Sequence record: NC_049947.1
Origin: Escherichia phage 1H12
Length of the DNA stretch: 46,703 nt
Reading direction: 5' to 3' (one strand)
This document shows positions 1 to 14,148 of the stretch, piece after piece (within the stretch, counting starts at the first letter, position 1; each line of letters opens with the position of its first letter). The notes beneath the pieces were generated by a model, which saw only the letters and a list, made by a program, of their open reading frames with translations, was not told the DNA's origin and ran no database searches. A program made the position numbers and the translations under genes.

Positions 1-12
1 GGGGCGGCGACC
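1..12. other. cos: left cohesive end (12-nt cos overhang sequence)
   Basis: Window starts with gggcggcgacct, the canonical lambda left end, and ends with cgacaggttacg, the lambda right end. Confidence 0.85.
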
Positions 13-190
13 TCGCGGGTTTTCGCTATTTATGAAAATTTTCCGGTTTAAGGTGTTTCCGTTCTTCTTCGTCGTAACTTAATGTATTTATTTAAAATAC
101 CCCCTGAAAAGAAAGGAAACGACAGGTGCTGAAAGCGAGCTTTTTGGCCTCTGTCGTTTCCTTTCTCTGTTTTTGTCCGTGGAATGAGCA
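13..190 (+). promoter_or_regulatory. cosB: cosB region (terminase small-subunit binding sites) upstream of nu1
   Basis: Sequence between the cohesive end and nu1 is near-identical to the lambda cosB region as recalled; individual R and IHF sites not mapped. Confidence 0.6.
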
Positions 191-710
191 ATGGAAGTCA
201 ACAAAAAGCAGCTGGCTGACATTTTCGGTGCGAGTATCCGTACCATTCAGAACTGGCAGGAACAGGGAATGCCCGTTCTGCGAGGCGGTGGCAAGGGTAA
301 TGAGGTGCTTTATGACTCTGCCGCCGTCATAAAATGGTATGCCGAAAGGGATTCTGAAATTGAGAACGAAAAGCTGCGCCGGGAGGTTGAAGAACTGCGG
401 CAGGCCAGCGAGGCAGATCTCCAGCCAGGAACTATTGAGTACGAACGCCATCGACTTACGCGTGCGCAGGCCGACGCACAGGAACTGAAGAATGCCAGAG
501 ACTCCGCTGAAGTGGTGGAAACCGCATTCTGTACTTTCGTGTTGTCGCGGATCGCAGGTGAAATTGCCAGTATTCTCGACGGGCTCCCCCTGTCGGTGCA
601 GCGGCGTTTTCCGGAACTGGAAAACCGACATGTTGATTTCCTGAAACGGGATATCATCAAAGCCATGAACAAAGCAGCCGCGCTGGATGAACTGATACCG
701 GGGTTGCTGA

Positions 711-736
<26 letters not shown>
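191..736 (+). CDS. nu1: terminase small subunit Nu1
   Basis: ORF 191..736; protein MEVNKKQLADIFGASIRTIQNWQEQGMPV matches lambda Nu1 with an N-terminal HTH. Confidence 0.95.
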
Positions 737-4417
<3,681 letters not shown>

Positions 4418-4437
<20 letters not shown>

Positions 4438-5737
4438 TCTCCCGCATATTGCCAGTATGGCCTTTAATGAGCCGCTGATGCTTGAACCCGCCTATGCGCG
4501 GGTTTTCTTTTGTGCGCTTGCAGGCCAGCTTGGGATCAGCCGCCTGACGGATGCGGTATCCGGCGACAGCCTGACTGCCGGAGAGGCACCCGCGGCGCTG
4601 GCGTTATCCGTTGATGATGACGGACCACGACAGGCCCGCAGTTATCAGGTCATGAACGGCATCGCCGTGCTGCCGGTGTCCGGCACGCTGGTCAGTCGGA
4701 CGCGAGCGCTGCAGCCGTATTCGGGGATGACCGGTTACAACGGCATTATCGCCCGTCTGCAACAGGCTGCCAGCGACCCGATGGTGGACGGCATTCTGCT
4801 CGATATGGATACGCCAGGCGGGATGGTGGCAGGGGCATTTGACTGCGCTGACATCATCGCCCGTGTGCGTGACATAAAGCCGGTATGGGCGCTGGCCAAC
4901 GACATGAACTGCAGTGCAGGTCAGTTGCTTGCCAGTGCCGCCTCCCGGCGTCTGGTCACGCAGACCGCCCGGACAGGCTCCATCGGCGTCATGATGGCTC
5001 ACAGTAATTACGGTGCTGCGCTGGAGAAACAGGGTGTGGAAATCACGCTGATTTACAGCGGCAGCCATAAGGTGGATGGCAACCCCTACAGCCATCTTCC
5101 GGATGACGTCCGGGAGACACTGCAGTCCCGGATGGACGCAACCCGCCGGATGTTTGCACAGAAGGTGTCGGCATATACCGGCCTGTCCGTGCAGGCTGTG
5201 CTGGATACCGAGGCTGCAGTGTACAGCGGTCAGGAGGCCATTGATGCCGGACTGGCTGATGAACTTGTTAACAGTACCGATGCGATCACCGTCATGCGTG
5301 ATGCACTGGATGCACGTAAATCCCGTCTCTCAGGAGGGCGAATGACCAAAGAGACTCAATCAACAACTGTTTCAGCCACTGCTTCGCAGGCTGACGTTAC
5401 TGAGGTGGTGCAAGCGACGGAGGGCGAGAACGCCAGCGCGGCGCAGCCGGACGTGAACGCGCAGATCACCGCAGCGGTTGCGGCAGAAAACAGTCGCATT
5501 ATGGGGATCCTCAACTGTGAGGAGGCTCACGGACGCGAAGAACAGGCACGCGTGCTGGCCGAAACCCCCGGTATGACCGTGGAAACGGCCCGCCGCATTC
5601 TGGCAGCTGCACCACAGAGTGCACAGGCGCGCAGTGACACTGCGCTGGATCGTCTGATGCAGGGGGCACCGGCACCGCTGGCTGCAGGTAACCCGGCATC
5701 TGATGCCGTTAACGATTTGCTGAACACACCAGTGTAA
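4418..5737 (+). CDS. C: head maturation protease / minor capsid protein C
   Basis: GTG start at 4418 in frame with ORF 4304..5737; MTAELRNLPHIASMAFNEP matches lambda gpC (ClpP/S49-like). Confidence 0.9.
5132..5737 (+). CDS. nu3: capsid scaffolding protein Nu3 (in-frame internal start within C)
   Basis: ATG at 5132 in the C frame (MDATRRMFAQKV...), as in lambda. Confidence 0.8.
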   Translation: MDATRRMFAQKVSAYTGLSVQAVLDTEAAVYSGQEAIDAGLADELVNSTDAITVMRDALDARKSRLSGGRMTKETQSTTVSATASQADVTEVVQATEGENASAAQPDVNAQITAAVAAENSRIMGILNCEEAHGREEQARVLAETPGMTVETARRILAAAPQSAQARSDTALDRLMQGAPAPLAAGNPASDAVNDLLNTPV

Positions 5738-5746
5738 GGGATGTTT

Positions 5747-6079
5747 ATGACGAGCAAAGAAACCTTTACCCATTACCAGCCGCTGGGCAACAGTGACCCG
5801 GCACATACGGCAACCGCGCCCGGCGGATTGAGTGCGAAAGCGCCTGCAATGACCCCGCTGATGCTGGACACCTCCACCCGTAAGCTGGTTGTGTGGGATG
5901 GCACCACCGACGGTGCTGCCGTTGGCATTCTGGCGGTTGCTGCTGACCAGACCAGCACCACGCTGACGTTCTACAAGTCCGGCACGTTCCGTTATGAGGA
6001 TGTGCTCTGGCCGGAGGCTGCCAGCGACGAGACGAAAAAACGGACCGCGTTTGCCGGAACGGCAATCAGCATCGTTTAA
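5747..6079 (+). CDS. D: head decoration protein D
   Basis: ATG at 5747; [22 protein letters not shown] matches lambda gpD. Confidence 0.95.
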   Translation: MTSKETFTHYQPLGNSDPAHTATAPGGLSAKAPAMTPLMLDTSTRKLVVWDGTTDGAAVGILAVAADQTSTTLTFYKSGTFRYEDVLWPEAASDETKKRTAFAGTAISIV

Positions 6080-6134
6080 CCTTACCCTTCATCACTAAAG
6101 GCCGCCTGTGCGGCTTTTTTTACGGGATTTTTTT

Positions 6135-7160
6135 ATGTCGATGTACACAACCGCCCAGCTGCTGGCGGCAAATGAGAAGAAATTTAAGTTTGATCCGCTG
6201 TTTCTGCGTCTCTTTTTCCGTGAGAGCTATCCCTTCACCACGGAGAAAGTCTATCTCTCACAAATTCCGGGACTGGTAAACATGGCGCTGTACGTTTCGC
6301 CGATTGTTTCCGGTGAGGTTATCCGCTCCCGTGGCGGCTCCACCTCTGAATTTACACCGGGATATGTCAAGCCGAAGCATGAGGTGAATCCGCAGATGAC
6401 CCTGCGTCGCCTGCCGGATGAAGATCCACAGAATCTGGCGGACCCGGCTTACCGCCGCCGTCGCATCATTCTGCAGAACATGCGAGACGAAGAGCTGGCC
6501 ATTGCTCAGGTCGAAGAGATGCAGGCCGTTTCTGCCGTGCTTAAGGGCAAATATACCATGACCGGTGAAGCCTTCGATCCGGTTGAAGTGGATATGGGCC
6601 GCAGTGTGGCGAACAACATCACGCAGTCCGGCGGTACGGAGTGGAGCAAGCGTGACAAGTCCACGTATGACCCGACCGACGATATCGAAGCCTACGCGCT
6701 GAACGCCAGCGGTGTGGTGAATATCATCGTGTTTGATCCGAAAGGCTGGGCGCTGTTCCGTTCCTTCAAAGCCGTCAAGGAGAAGCTGGATACCCGTCGC
6801 GGCTCTCATTCCGAGCTGGAGACAGCGGTAAAAGATCTGGGCGAAGCGGTGTCCTATAAGGGGATGTATGGCGATACGGCGATCGTCGTGTATTCCGGAC
6901 AGTACGTGGAAAACGACGTCAAAAAGAACTTCCTGCCGGACAACACGATGGTGCTGGGGAACACTCAGGCACGCGGTCTGCGCACCTATGGCTGCATTCA
7001 GGATGCGGACGCACAGCGCGAAGGTATTAACGCCTCTGCCCGCTACCCGAAAAACTGGGTGACCACCGGCGATCCGGCGCGTGAGTTCACCATGATTCAG
7101 TCAGCACCGCTGATGCTGCTGGCTGACCCTGATGCGTTCGTGTCCGTACAACTGGCGTAA
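6135..7160 (+). CDS. E: major capsid protein E
   Basis: ATG at 6135 in frame with ORF 6108..7160; MSMYTTAQLLAANEKKFKFDPLF matches lambda gpE. Confidence 0.95.
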   Translation: MSMYTTAQLLAANEKKFKFDPLFLRLFFRESYPFTTEKVYLSQIPGLVNMALYVSPIVSGEVIRSRGGSTSEFTPGYVKPKHEVNPQMTLRRLPDEDPQNLADPAYRRRRIILQNMRDEELAIAQVEEMQAVSAVLKGKYTMTGEAFDPVEVDMGRSVANNITQSGGTEWSKRDKSTYDPTDDIEAYALNASGVVNIIVFDPKGWALFRSFKAVKEKLDTRRGSHSELETAVKDLGEAVSYKGMYGDTAIVVYSGQYVENDVKKNFLPDNTMVLGNTQARGLRTYGCIQDADAQREGINASARYPKNWVTTGDPAREFTMIQSAPLMLLADPDAFVSVQLA

Positions 7161-7201
7161 TCATGGCCCTTCGGGGCCATTTTCTCTCTGTGGAGGAGTC
7201 C

Positions 7202-7597
7202 ATGACGAAAGATGAACTGATTGCCCGTCTTCAGGTGCTGGGTGAGCAACTGAACCGTGATGTCAGCCTGACGGGGACGAAAGAAGAACTGGCACTCCGT
7301 GTGGCAGAGCTGGAAGAGGAGCTTGATGACACGGATGACGCTGCTGGTCAGGACACATCTGTCAGCCCGGAAAATGCGCTGACCGGACATGAAAATGAGG
7401 TGGTATCAGCGCAGCCGGATACCGTGACTGATACGGCTGATCTGGTCACGGTTGTGGCACTGGTGACGCTGCATACTGATGCACTTCACGCCACGCGGGA
7501 TGAGGCTGTGGCATTTGTGCTGCCGGGAACGGCGTTCCGTGTCTCTGCCGGTGTGGCAGCTGAAATGACAGAGCGCGGCCTGGCCAGAATGCAATAA
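7202..7597 (+). CDS. FI: DNA packaging protein FI
   Basis: ATG at 7202 (MTKDELIARLQV...) after an RBS; one codon shorter than lambda FI. Confidence 0.9.
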   Translation: MTKDELIARLQVLGEQLNRDVSLTGTKEELALRVAELEEELDDTDDAAGQDTSVSPENALTGHENEVVSAQPDTVTDTADLVTVVALVTLHTDALHATRDEAVAFVLPGTAFRVSAGVAAEMTERGLARMQ

Positions 7598-7608
7598 CGG
7601 GAGGCGCT

Positions 7609-7962
7609 GTGGCTGATTTCGATAACCTGTTCGATGCTGCCATTGCCCGCGCCGATGAAACGATACGCGGGTACATGGGAACGTCAGCCACCATGACATC
7701 CGGTGAGCAGTCCGGTGCTGTGATACGTGGTGTTTTTGATGATCCTGAAAATATCAGCTATGCCGGACAGGGCGTGCGCGTTGAAGGCTCCAGCCCGTTC
7801 CTGTTTGTCCGGACTGATGATGTGCGGCAGCTGCGGCGCGGCGACACGCTGACCATCGGTGAGGAAAACTTCTGGATAGACCGGATTTCGCCGGATGATG
7901 GCGGAAGCTGTCATCTCTGGCTTGGGCGGGGCGTACCGCCTGCCGTTAACCGTCGCCGCTGA
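7609..7962 (+). CDS. FII: head-tail connector protein FII
   Basis: 117-aa ORF with GTG start; lambda gpFII position and sequence. Confidence 0.9.
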   Translation: MADFDNLFDAAIARADETIRGYMGTSATMTSGEQSGAVIRGVFDDPENISYAGQGVRVEGSSPFLFVRTDDVRQLRRGDTLTIGEENFWIDRISPDDGGSCHLWLGRGVPPAVNRRR

Positions 7963-7973
7963 AAGGGGGATGT

Positions 7974-8552
7974 ATGGCCATAAAAGGTCTTGAGCAGGCC
8001 GTTGAAAACCTCAGCCGTATCAGCAGAACGGCGGTGCCCGGTGCCGCCGCAATGGCCATTAACCGCGTTGCTTCATCCGCGATATCGCAGTCGGCGTCAC
8101 AGGTTGCCCGTGAGACAAAGGTACGCCGGAAACTGGTAAAGGAAAGGGCCAGGCTGAAAAGGGCCACGGTCAAAAATCCGCAGGCCAGAATCAGGGTTAA
8201 CCGGGGGGATTTGCCCGTAATAAAGCTGGGTAACGCGCGGATTGTCCTGTCCCGACGCAGGCGTCGTAAAAAGGGGCAGCGTTCAGCCCTGAAAGGTGGC
8301 GGCAGCGTGCTTGTGGTGGGAAACCGTCGTATTCCCGGCGCGTTTATTCAGCAACTGAAAAATGGCCGCTGGCATGTTATGCAGCGTGTGGCCGGGAAAA
8401 ATCGTTACCCCATTGATGTGGTGAAAATTCCGATGGCGGTGCCGCTGACCACGGCGTTTAAACAGAATATTGAGCGGATACGGCGTGAGCGTCTTCCGAA
8501 AGAGCTGGGCTATGCGCTGCAGCATCAACTGAGGATGGTAATAAAGCGATGA
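7974..8552 (+). CDS. Z: tail completion protein Z
   Basis: 192-aa ORF; lambda gpZ order and sequence. Confidence 0.9.
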   Translation: MAIKGLEQAVENLSRISRTAVPGAAAMAINRVASSAISQSASQVARETKVRRKLVKERARLKRATVKNPQARIRVNRGDLPVIKLGNARIVLSRRRRRKKGQRSALKGGGSVLVVGNRRIPGAFIQQLKNGRWHVMQRVAGKNRYPIDVVKIPMAVPLTTAFKQNIERIRRERLPKELGYALQHQLRMVIKR

Positions 8553-8944
8553 AACATACTGAACTCCGTGCAGCCGTACTGGATGCACTGGAGAAGCATG
8601 ACACCGGGGCGACGTTTTTTGATGGTCGCCCCGCTGTTTTTGATGAGGCGGATTTTCCGGCAGTTGCCGTTTATCTCACCGGCGCTGAATACACGGGCGA
8701 AGAGCTGGACAGCGATACCTGGCAGGCGGAGCTGCATATTGAAGTTTTCCTGCCTGCTCAGGTGCCGGATTCAGAGCTGGATTCGTGGATGGAGTCCCGG
8801 ATTTATCCGGTGATGAGCGATATCCCGGCACTGTCAGATTTGATCACCAGTATGGTGGCCAGTGGCTATGACTACCGGCGCGACGATGATGCGGGCCTGT
8901 GGAGTTCAGCCGATCTGACTTATGTCATTACCTATGAAATGTGA
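8549..8944 (+). CDS. U: tail terminator protein U
   Basis: 131-aa ORF overlapping the Z stop; lambda gpU. Confidence 0.9.
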   Translation: MKHTELRAAVLDALEKHDTGATFFDGRPAVFDEADFPAVAVYLTGAEYTGEELDSDTWQAELHIEVFLPAQVPDSELDSWMESRIYPVMSDIPALSDLITSMVASGYDYRRDDDAGLWSSADLTYVITYEM

Positions 8945-8951
8945 GGACGAT

Positions 8952-9692
8952 ATGCCAACACCAAATCCTCTGGCACCGGTGAAAGGGGCCGGGACCACAC
9001 TGTGGGTTTATAAGGGGAACGGTGACCCTTATGCGAACCCGCTTTCAGACGTTGACTGGTCGCGTCTGGCTAAAGTTAAAGACCTGACGCCCGGCGAACT
9101 GACCGCTGAGTCCTATGACGACAGTTATCTCGATGATGAAGATGCGGACTGGACCGCGACCGGACAGGGGCAGAAATCTGCCGGAGATACCAGCTTCACG
9201 CTGGCGTGGATGCCCGGAGAGCAGGGGCAGCAGGCGCTGCTGGCGTGGTTTAATGAAGGGGATACCCGAGCCTATAAAATCCGCTTCCCGAACGGCACGG
9301 TCGATGTGTTCCGCGGCTGGGTCAGCAGTATCGGTAAGGCGGTGACGGCGAAGGAAGTGATCACCCGCACGGTGAAGGTCACCAATGTGGGCCGTCCGTC
9401 GATGGCAGAAGATCGCAGCACGGTGACGGCGACAACCGGCATGACGGTGACACCCGCCAGTGCTTCCGTAGTGAAAGGGCAGAGCACCACGCTGACCGTG
9501 GCATTCCAGCCGGAGGGCGCAACCGACAAGAGCTTCCGTGCGGTGTCTGCGGATAAAACAAAAGCCACCGTGTCGGTCAGTGGTATGACCATCACCGTGA
9601 AAGGTGTTGCTGCAGGCAAGGTCAACATTCCGGTCGTATCCGGTAATGGTGAGTTTGCTGCGGTTGCAGAAATCAACGTCACCGCCAGTTAA
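8952..9692 (+). CDS. V: major tail tube protein V
   Basis: ATG at 8952 ([22 protein letters not shown]...), 246 aa as in lambda gpV. Confidence 0.95.
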   Translation: MPTPNPLAPVKGAGTTLWVYKGNGDPYANPLSDVDWSRLAKVKDLTPGELTAESYDDSYLDDEDADWTATGQGQKSAGDTSFTLAWMPGEQGQQALLAWFNEGDTRAYKIRFPNGTVDVFRGWVSSIGKAVTAKEVITRTVKVTNVGRPSMAEDRSTVTATTGMTVTPASASVVKGQSTTLTVAFQPEGATDKSFRAVSADKTKATVSVSGMTITVKGVAAGKVNIPVVSGNGEFAAVAEINVTAS

Positions 9693-9707
9693 TCCGGAGA
9701 GTCAGCG

Positions 9708-10130
9708 ATGTTCCTGAAAACCGAATCATTTGAACATAACGGTGTGACCGTCACGCTTTCTGAACTGTCAGCCCTGCAGCGTATTGAGCATCTCGCCCTG
9801 ATGAAACGGCAGGCAGAACAGGCGGAGTCAGACAGCAACCGGAAGTTTACTGTGGAAGACGCCATCAGAACCGGCGCGTTTCTGGTGGCGATGTCCCTGT
9901 GGCATAACCATCCGAAGAAGACAAAGCTGCCTTCCATGAATGAAGCCGTTAAACAGATTGAGCAGGAAGTGCTTACCACCTGGCCCACAGAGGCAATTTC
10001 TCATGCTGAAAACGTGGTGTACCGGCTGTCCGGTATGTATGAGTTTGTGGTGAATGATGCCCCTGAACAGGCAGAGGACGCCGGGTCTGCAGAGCCTGTT
10101 TCTGCGGGAAAGTGTTCGACGGTGAGCTGA
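9708..10130 (+). CDS. G: tail assembly chaperone G
   Basis: 140-aa ORF MFLKTESFEHNGVTVTLSEL matching lambda gpG; slippery GGGAAAG at 10106..10112 near its 3' end. Confidence 0.95.
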   Translation: MFLKTESFEHNGVTVTLSELSALQRIEHLALMKRQAEQAESDSNRKFTVEDAIRTGAFLVAMSLWHNHPKKTKLPSMNEAVKQIEQEVLTTWPTEAISHAENVVYRLSGMYEFVVNDAPEQAEDAGSAEPVSAGKCSTVS

Positions 10131-10546
10131 GTTTTGCCCTGAAACTGGCGCGTGAGATGGGGCGACCTGACTGGCGCGCCATGCTTGCCGGGATGTCATC
10201 CACAGAGTATGCCGACTGGCACCGCTTTTACAGTACCCATTATTTTCATGATGTTCTGCTGGATATGCACTTTTCCGGGCTGACGTACACCGTGCTCAGC
10301 CTGTTTTTCAGCGATCCGGATATGCATCCGCTGGATTTCAGTCTGCTGAACCGGCGTGAGGCTGACGAAGAGCCTGAAGATGATGTGCTGATGCAGAAAG
10401 CGGCAGGGCTTGCCGGAGGCGTCCGCTTTGCCCCGGACGGAAATGAAGTTATCCCCGCTTCCCCGGATATGGCGGGCATGACGGAGGATGACGTAATGCT
10501 GATGACAGTATCAGAAGGGATCGCAGGAGGAGTCCGGTATGGCTGA
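10112..10546 (+). CDS. T: T portion of the G-T tail assembly fusion (made by -1 programmed frameshift from G; full product 9708..10546)
   Basis: ORF in the -1 frame beginning at the GGGAAAG slippery heptamer, as in lambda G/GT. Confidence 0.85.
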   Translation: MFDGELSFALKLAREMGRPDWRAMLAGMSSTEYADWHRFYSTHYFHDVLLDMHFSGLTYTVLSLFFSDPDMHPLDFSLLNRREADEEPEDDVLMQKAAGLAGGVRFAPDGNEVIPASPDMAGMTEDDVMLMTVSEGIAGGVRYG

Positions 10547-10772
10547 ACCGGTAGGCGATCTGGTCGTTGATTTAAGTCTGGATGCGGCCAGATTTGACGA
10601 GCAGATGGCCAGAGTCAGGCGTCATTTTTCCGGTACGGAAAGTGATGCGAAAAAAACAGCGGCAGTCGTTGAACAGTCGCTGAGCCGACAGGCGCTGGCT
10701 GCACAGAAAGCGGGGATTTCCGTCGGGCAGTATAAAGCCTGCCATGCGTATGCTGCCTGCGCAGTTCACTGA
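10539..10772 (+). pseudogene. H: tape measure protein H, N-terminal fragment (first ~66 codons match lambda gpH, then frame is lost)
   Basis: MAEPVGDLVVDLSLDAARFDEQ...GQYKA matches the lambda gpH N-terminus; an extra nucleotide near 10737-10741 (gcctgcc versus lambda gccgcc) shifts the frame to a stop at 10770..10772. Confidence 0.7.
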
Positions 10773-13119
10773 CGTGGCCACGCAGCTTGCAGGCGGGCAA
10801 AGTCCGTGGCTGATCCTGCTGCAACAGGGTGGTCAGGTGAAGGACTCCTTCGGCGGGATGATCCCCATGTTCAGGGGGCTTGCCGGTGCGATCACCCTGC
10901 CGATGGTCGGGGCCACCTCGCTGGCGGTGGCGACCGGTGCGCTGGCGTATGCCTGGTATCAGGGCAACTCAACCCTGTCCGATTTCAATAAAACGCTGGT
11001 CCTTTCCGGTAATCAGGCGGGACTGACGGCAGATCGTATGCTGGCCCTGTCCAGATCCGGGCAGGCGGCAGGGCTGACGTTTAACCAGACCAGCGAGTCA
11101 CTGACGGCGCTGGTGAATGCCGGTGTGCGTGGTGGTGAGCAGTTTGAGGCAATCAGCCAGAGTGTGGCGCGTTTCTCCTCTGCATCCGGCGTGGAGGTGG
11201 ACAAGGTCGCTGAAGCCTTCGGGAAGCTGACCACTGACCCGACGTCTGGGTTGACGGCGATGGCGCGCCAGTTCCATAACGTGACGGCGGAACAGATTGC
11301 GTATGTTGCTCAGTTGCAGCGTTCCGGCGATGGGGCCGGGGCATTGCAGGCGGCGAACGAGGCCGCAACGAAAGGGTTTGATGACCAGACCCGTAAACTG
11401 AAAGATAACATGGGTACGCTGGAGACCTGGGCAGACAAGACTGCACAGGCATTCAAATCCATGTGGGATGCGGTGCTGGATATTGGTCGCCCGGACTCCT
11501 CTGCAGATATGCTCGCCAAAGCTGAAAAGGCTTTTGATGAAGCGGATAAAAAATGGCAGTGGTATCAGAGCCGAAGCCACCGGCGCGGTAAAACGTCAGC
11601 ATTTCTTGCCAATCTCCGGGGGGCATGGGAGAAGAGAGAGAATGCGCGACTTGGGCTTTCAGCCGCCACGTTGCAGGCAGATCTTGAAAAGGCCAGTGAG
11701 ATGGCAGCAAAAGATCGGGCCGAGTCTGAGGCATCACGGCTGAAATATACCGAAGAGGCGCAGAAGGCTTACGAACGCCTGCAGACACCGCTGGAGAAAT
11801 ATACCGCCCGCCAGGAGGAACTGAATAAGGCACTGAAAGACGGAAAAATCCTGCAGGCAGATTACAACACGCTGATGGCGGCGGCGAAAAAGGACTATGA
11901 AGCGACGCTGAAAAAGCCGAAGCAGTCCGGCGTGAAAGTGTCTGCGGGCGATCGTCAGGAAGACAGTGCTCATGCTGCCCTGCTGACGCTTCAGGCAGAA
12001 CTCCGGACACTGGAGAAGCATGCCGGAGCGAATGAGAAAATCAGCCAGCAGCGCCGGGATTTGTGGAAGGCGGAAAGTCAGTTCGCGGTACTGGAGGAGG
12101 CGGCGCAACGTCGCCAGCTGTCCGCACAGGAGAAATCCCTGCTGGCGCATAAAGATGAGACGCTGGAGTACAAACGCCAGCTGGCTGCACTTGGCGATAA
12201 GGTCACGTATCAGGAGCACCTGAACGCGCTGGCGCAGCAGGCGGATAAATTCGCACAGCAGCAACGGGCAAAACGGGCAGCCATTGAGGCGAAAAACCGG
12301 GGGCTGACTGACCGGCAGGCAGCGCGGGACGCCACGGAACAGCGCCTGAAGGAACAGTATGGCGATAATCCGCTGGCGCTGAATAGCGTCATGTCAGAGC
12401 AGAAAAAGACCTGGGCGGCTGAAGACCAGCTTCGCGGGAGCTGGATGGCAGGCCTCAGGTCAGGCTGGAGTGAGTGGGAAGAGAGCGCCACGGACAGTAT
12501 GTCGCAGGTTAAAAGTGCAGCCACGCAGACCTTTGATGGTATTGCACAGAATATGGCGGCGATGCTGACCGGCAGTGAACAGAACTGGCGCAGCTTCACC
12601 CGTTCCGTGCTGTCCATGATGACAGAAATTCTGCTTAAGCAGGCAATGGTGGGGATTGTCGGGAGTATCGGCAGCGCCATTGGAGGTGCTACCGGTGGCG
12701 GCTCATCAGCGTCAGGTGGTGCAGCCATTCAGGCCGCTGCGGCGAAACTCCATTTTGCGACCGGAGGATTTACGGGAACCGGCGGCAAATATGAGCCAGC
12801 AGGGATTGTTCACCGTGGTGAATTTGTCTTCACGAAGGAGGCAACCAGCCGGATTGGCGTGGGGAATCTTTACCGGCTGATGCGCGGCTATGCCACCGGC
12901 GGTTATGTCGGTACACCGGGCAGCATGGCGGACAGTCGGTCGCAGGCGTCCGGGAAGTTTGAGCAGAATAACCATGTGGTGATTAACAACGACGGCACGA
13001 ACGGTCAGATAGGGCCACAGGCGCTGAAGGCGGTTTATGACGTAGCCCGTAAGGCGGCAATGGATGTTGTGACCGGGCAGATGCGTGATGGTGGTCTGTT
13101 CTCCGGAGGTGGACGATGA
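10744..13119 (+). CDS. H: tail tape measure protein H (main body, 791 aa)
   Basis: MRMLPAQFTDVATQLAGGQSPWLILLQQGG continues lambda gpH from residue ~68; C-terminus ends GGLFSGGGR as in lambda. Confidence 0.9.
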   Translation: MRMLPAQFTDVATQLAGGQSPWLILLQQGGQVKDSFGGMIPMFRGLAGAITLPMVGATSLAVATGALAYAWYQGNSTLSDFNKTLVLSGNQAGLTADRMLALSRSGQAAGLTFNQTSESLTALVNAGVRGGEQFEAISQSVARFSSASGVEVDKVAEAFGKLTTDPTSGLTAMARQFHNVTAEQIAYVAQLQRSGDGAGALQAANEAATKGFDDQTRKLKDNMGTLETWADKTAQAFKSMWDAVLDIGRPDSSADMLAKAEKAFDEADKKWQWYQSRSHRRGKTSAFLANLRGAWEKRENARLGLSAATLQADLEKASEMAAKDRAESEASRLKYTEEAQKAYERLQTPLEKYTARQEELNKALKDGKILQADYNTLMAAAKKDYEATLKKPKQSGVKVSAGDRQEDSAHAALLTLQAELRTLEKHAGANEKISQQRRDLWKAESQFAVLEEAAQRRQLSAQEKSLLAHKDETLEYKRQLAALGDKVTYQEHLNALAQQADKFAQQQRAKRAAIEAKNRGLTDRQAARDATEQRLKEQYGDNPLALNSVMSEQKKTWAAEDQLRGSWMAGLRSGWSEWEESATDSMSQVKSAATQTFDGIAQNMAAMLTGSEQNWRSFTRSVLSMMTEILLKQAMVGIVGSIGSAIGGATGGGSSASGGAAIQAAAAKLHFATGGFTGTGGKYEPAGIVHRGEFVFTKEATSRIGVGNLYRLMRGYATGGYVGTPGSMADSRSQASGKFEQNNHVVINNDGTNGQIGPQALKAVYDVARKAAMDVVTGQMRDGGLFSGGGR

Positions 13120-13445
13120 AAACCTTCCGCTGGAAAGTGAAACCGGGTATGGATGTGGCTTCGACTCCTTCCGTCAGGGAGGTGCGCTTTGGTGATGGCT
13201 ATTCCCAGCGAGCGCCTGCCGGGCTGAATGCCAACCTGAAAACGTACAGCGTGACGATTTCTGTCCCCCGTTGGGAGGCCACGGCGCTGGAATCGTTTCT
13301 GGCAGAGCACGGAGGCTGGAAAGCCTTTCTGTGGACGCCGCCTTATGACTGGCGGCAGATAAAGGTGACCTGCGCAAAATGGACGTCGCGGGTCAGTATG
13401 CTGCGTGTTGAGTTCAGCGCAGAGTTTAAACAGGTGGTGAACTGA
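13116..13445 (+). CDS. M: minor tail protein M
   Basis: 109-aa ORF overlapping the H stop; lambda gpM. Confidence 0.9.
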   Translation: MKTFRWKVKPGMDVASTPSVREVRFGDGYSQRAPAGLNANLKTYSVTISVPRWEATALESFLAEHGGWKAFLWTPPYDWRQIKVTCAKWTSRVSMLRVEFSAEFKQVVN

Positions 13446-14143
13446 TGCAGGATATCCGGCAGGAAACACTGAATGAATGCACCCGTGCGGAGCAGTCGGC
13501 CAGCGTGGTGCTCTGGGAAATCGATCTGACAGAGGTCGGTGGTGAACGTTATTTTTTCTGTAATGAGCAGAACGAAAAAGGTGAGCCTGTCACCTGGCAG
13601 GGGCGGCAGTATCTGGCGTATCCCATTCAGGGGAGTGGTTTTGAACTGAATGGCAAAGGCACCAGTACGCGCCCCACGCTGGCAGTCTCTAACCTGTACG
13701 GCATGGTCACCGGGATGGCGGAAGACCTGCAGAGTCTGGTCGGCGGAACGGTGGTCAGGCGTAAGGTTTACGCCCGTTTTCTGGATGCGGTGAACTTCGT
13801 CAACGGAAACAGCGATGCCGATCCGGAGCAGGAGGTGATCAGCCGCTGGCGCATCGAGCAGTGCAGCGAACTGAGCGCGGTAAGTGCCTCCTTTGTACTG
13901 TCCACGCCGACGGAAACGGATGGTGCTGTTTTTCCGGGGCGCATCATGCTGGCCAACACCTGTACCTGGACCTATCGCGGTGATGAGTGCGGTTATAGCG
14001 GTCCGGCGGTCGCGGATGAATATGACCAGCCGACGTCCGATATCACGAAGGATAAATGCAGCAAATGCCTGAGTGGCTGTAAGTTTCGCAATAATGTCGG
14101 CAACTTTGGCGGCTTCCTTTCCATTAACAAACTTTCGCAGTAA
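13445..14143 (+). CDS. L: minor tail protein L
   Basis: 232-aa ORF; lambda gpL with the C-terminal Cys cluster. Confidence 0.9.
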   Translation: MQDIRQETLNECTRAEQSASVVLWEIDLTEVGGERYFFCNEQNEKGEPVTWQGRQYLAYPIQGSGFELNGKGTSTRPTLAVSNLYGMVTGMAEDLQSLVGGTVVRRKVYARFLDAVNFVNGNSDADPEQEVISRWRIEQCSELSAVSASFVLSTPTETDGAVFPGRIMLANTCTWTYRGDECGYSGPAVADEYDQPTSDITKDKCSKCLSGCKFRNNVGNFGGFLSINKLSQ

Positions 14144-14148
14144 ATCCC

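Noticed and set aside
5372-6079. Several 60-150 aa reverse-strand ORFs across C, nu3 and D
   Set aside because: Antisense to highly conserved lambda head genes; Arg/Cys-rich translations typical of non-coding frames in GC-rich DNA.
11098-12728. Multiple reverse-strand ORFs (160-185 aa) inside H
   Set aside because: Antisense to the tape measure gene; no independent support.
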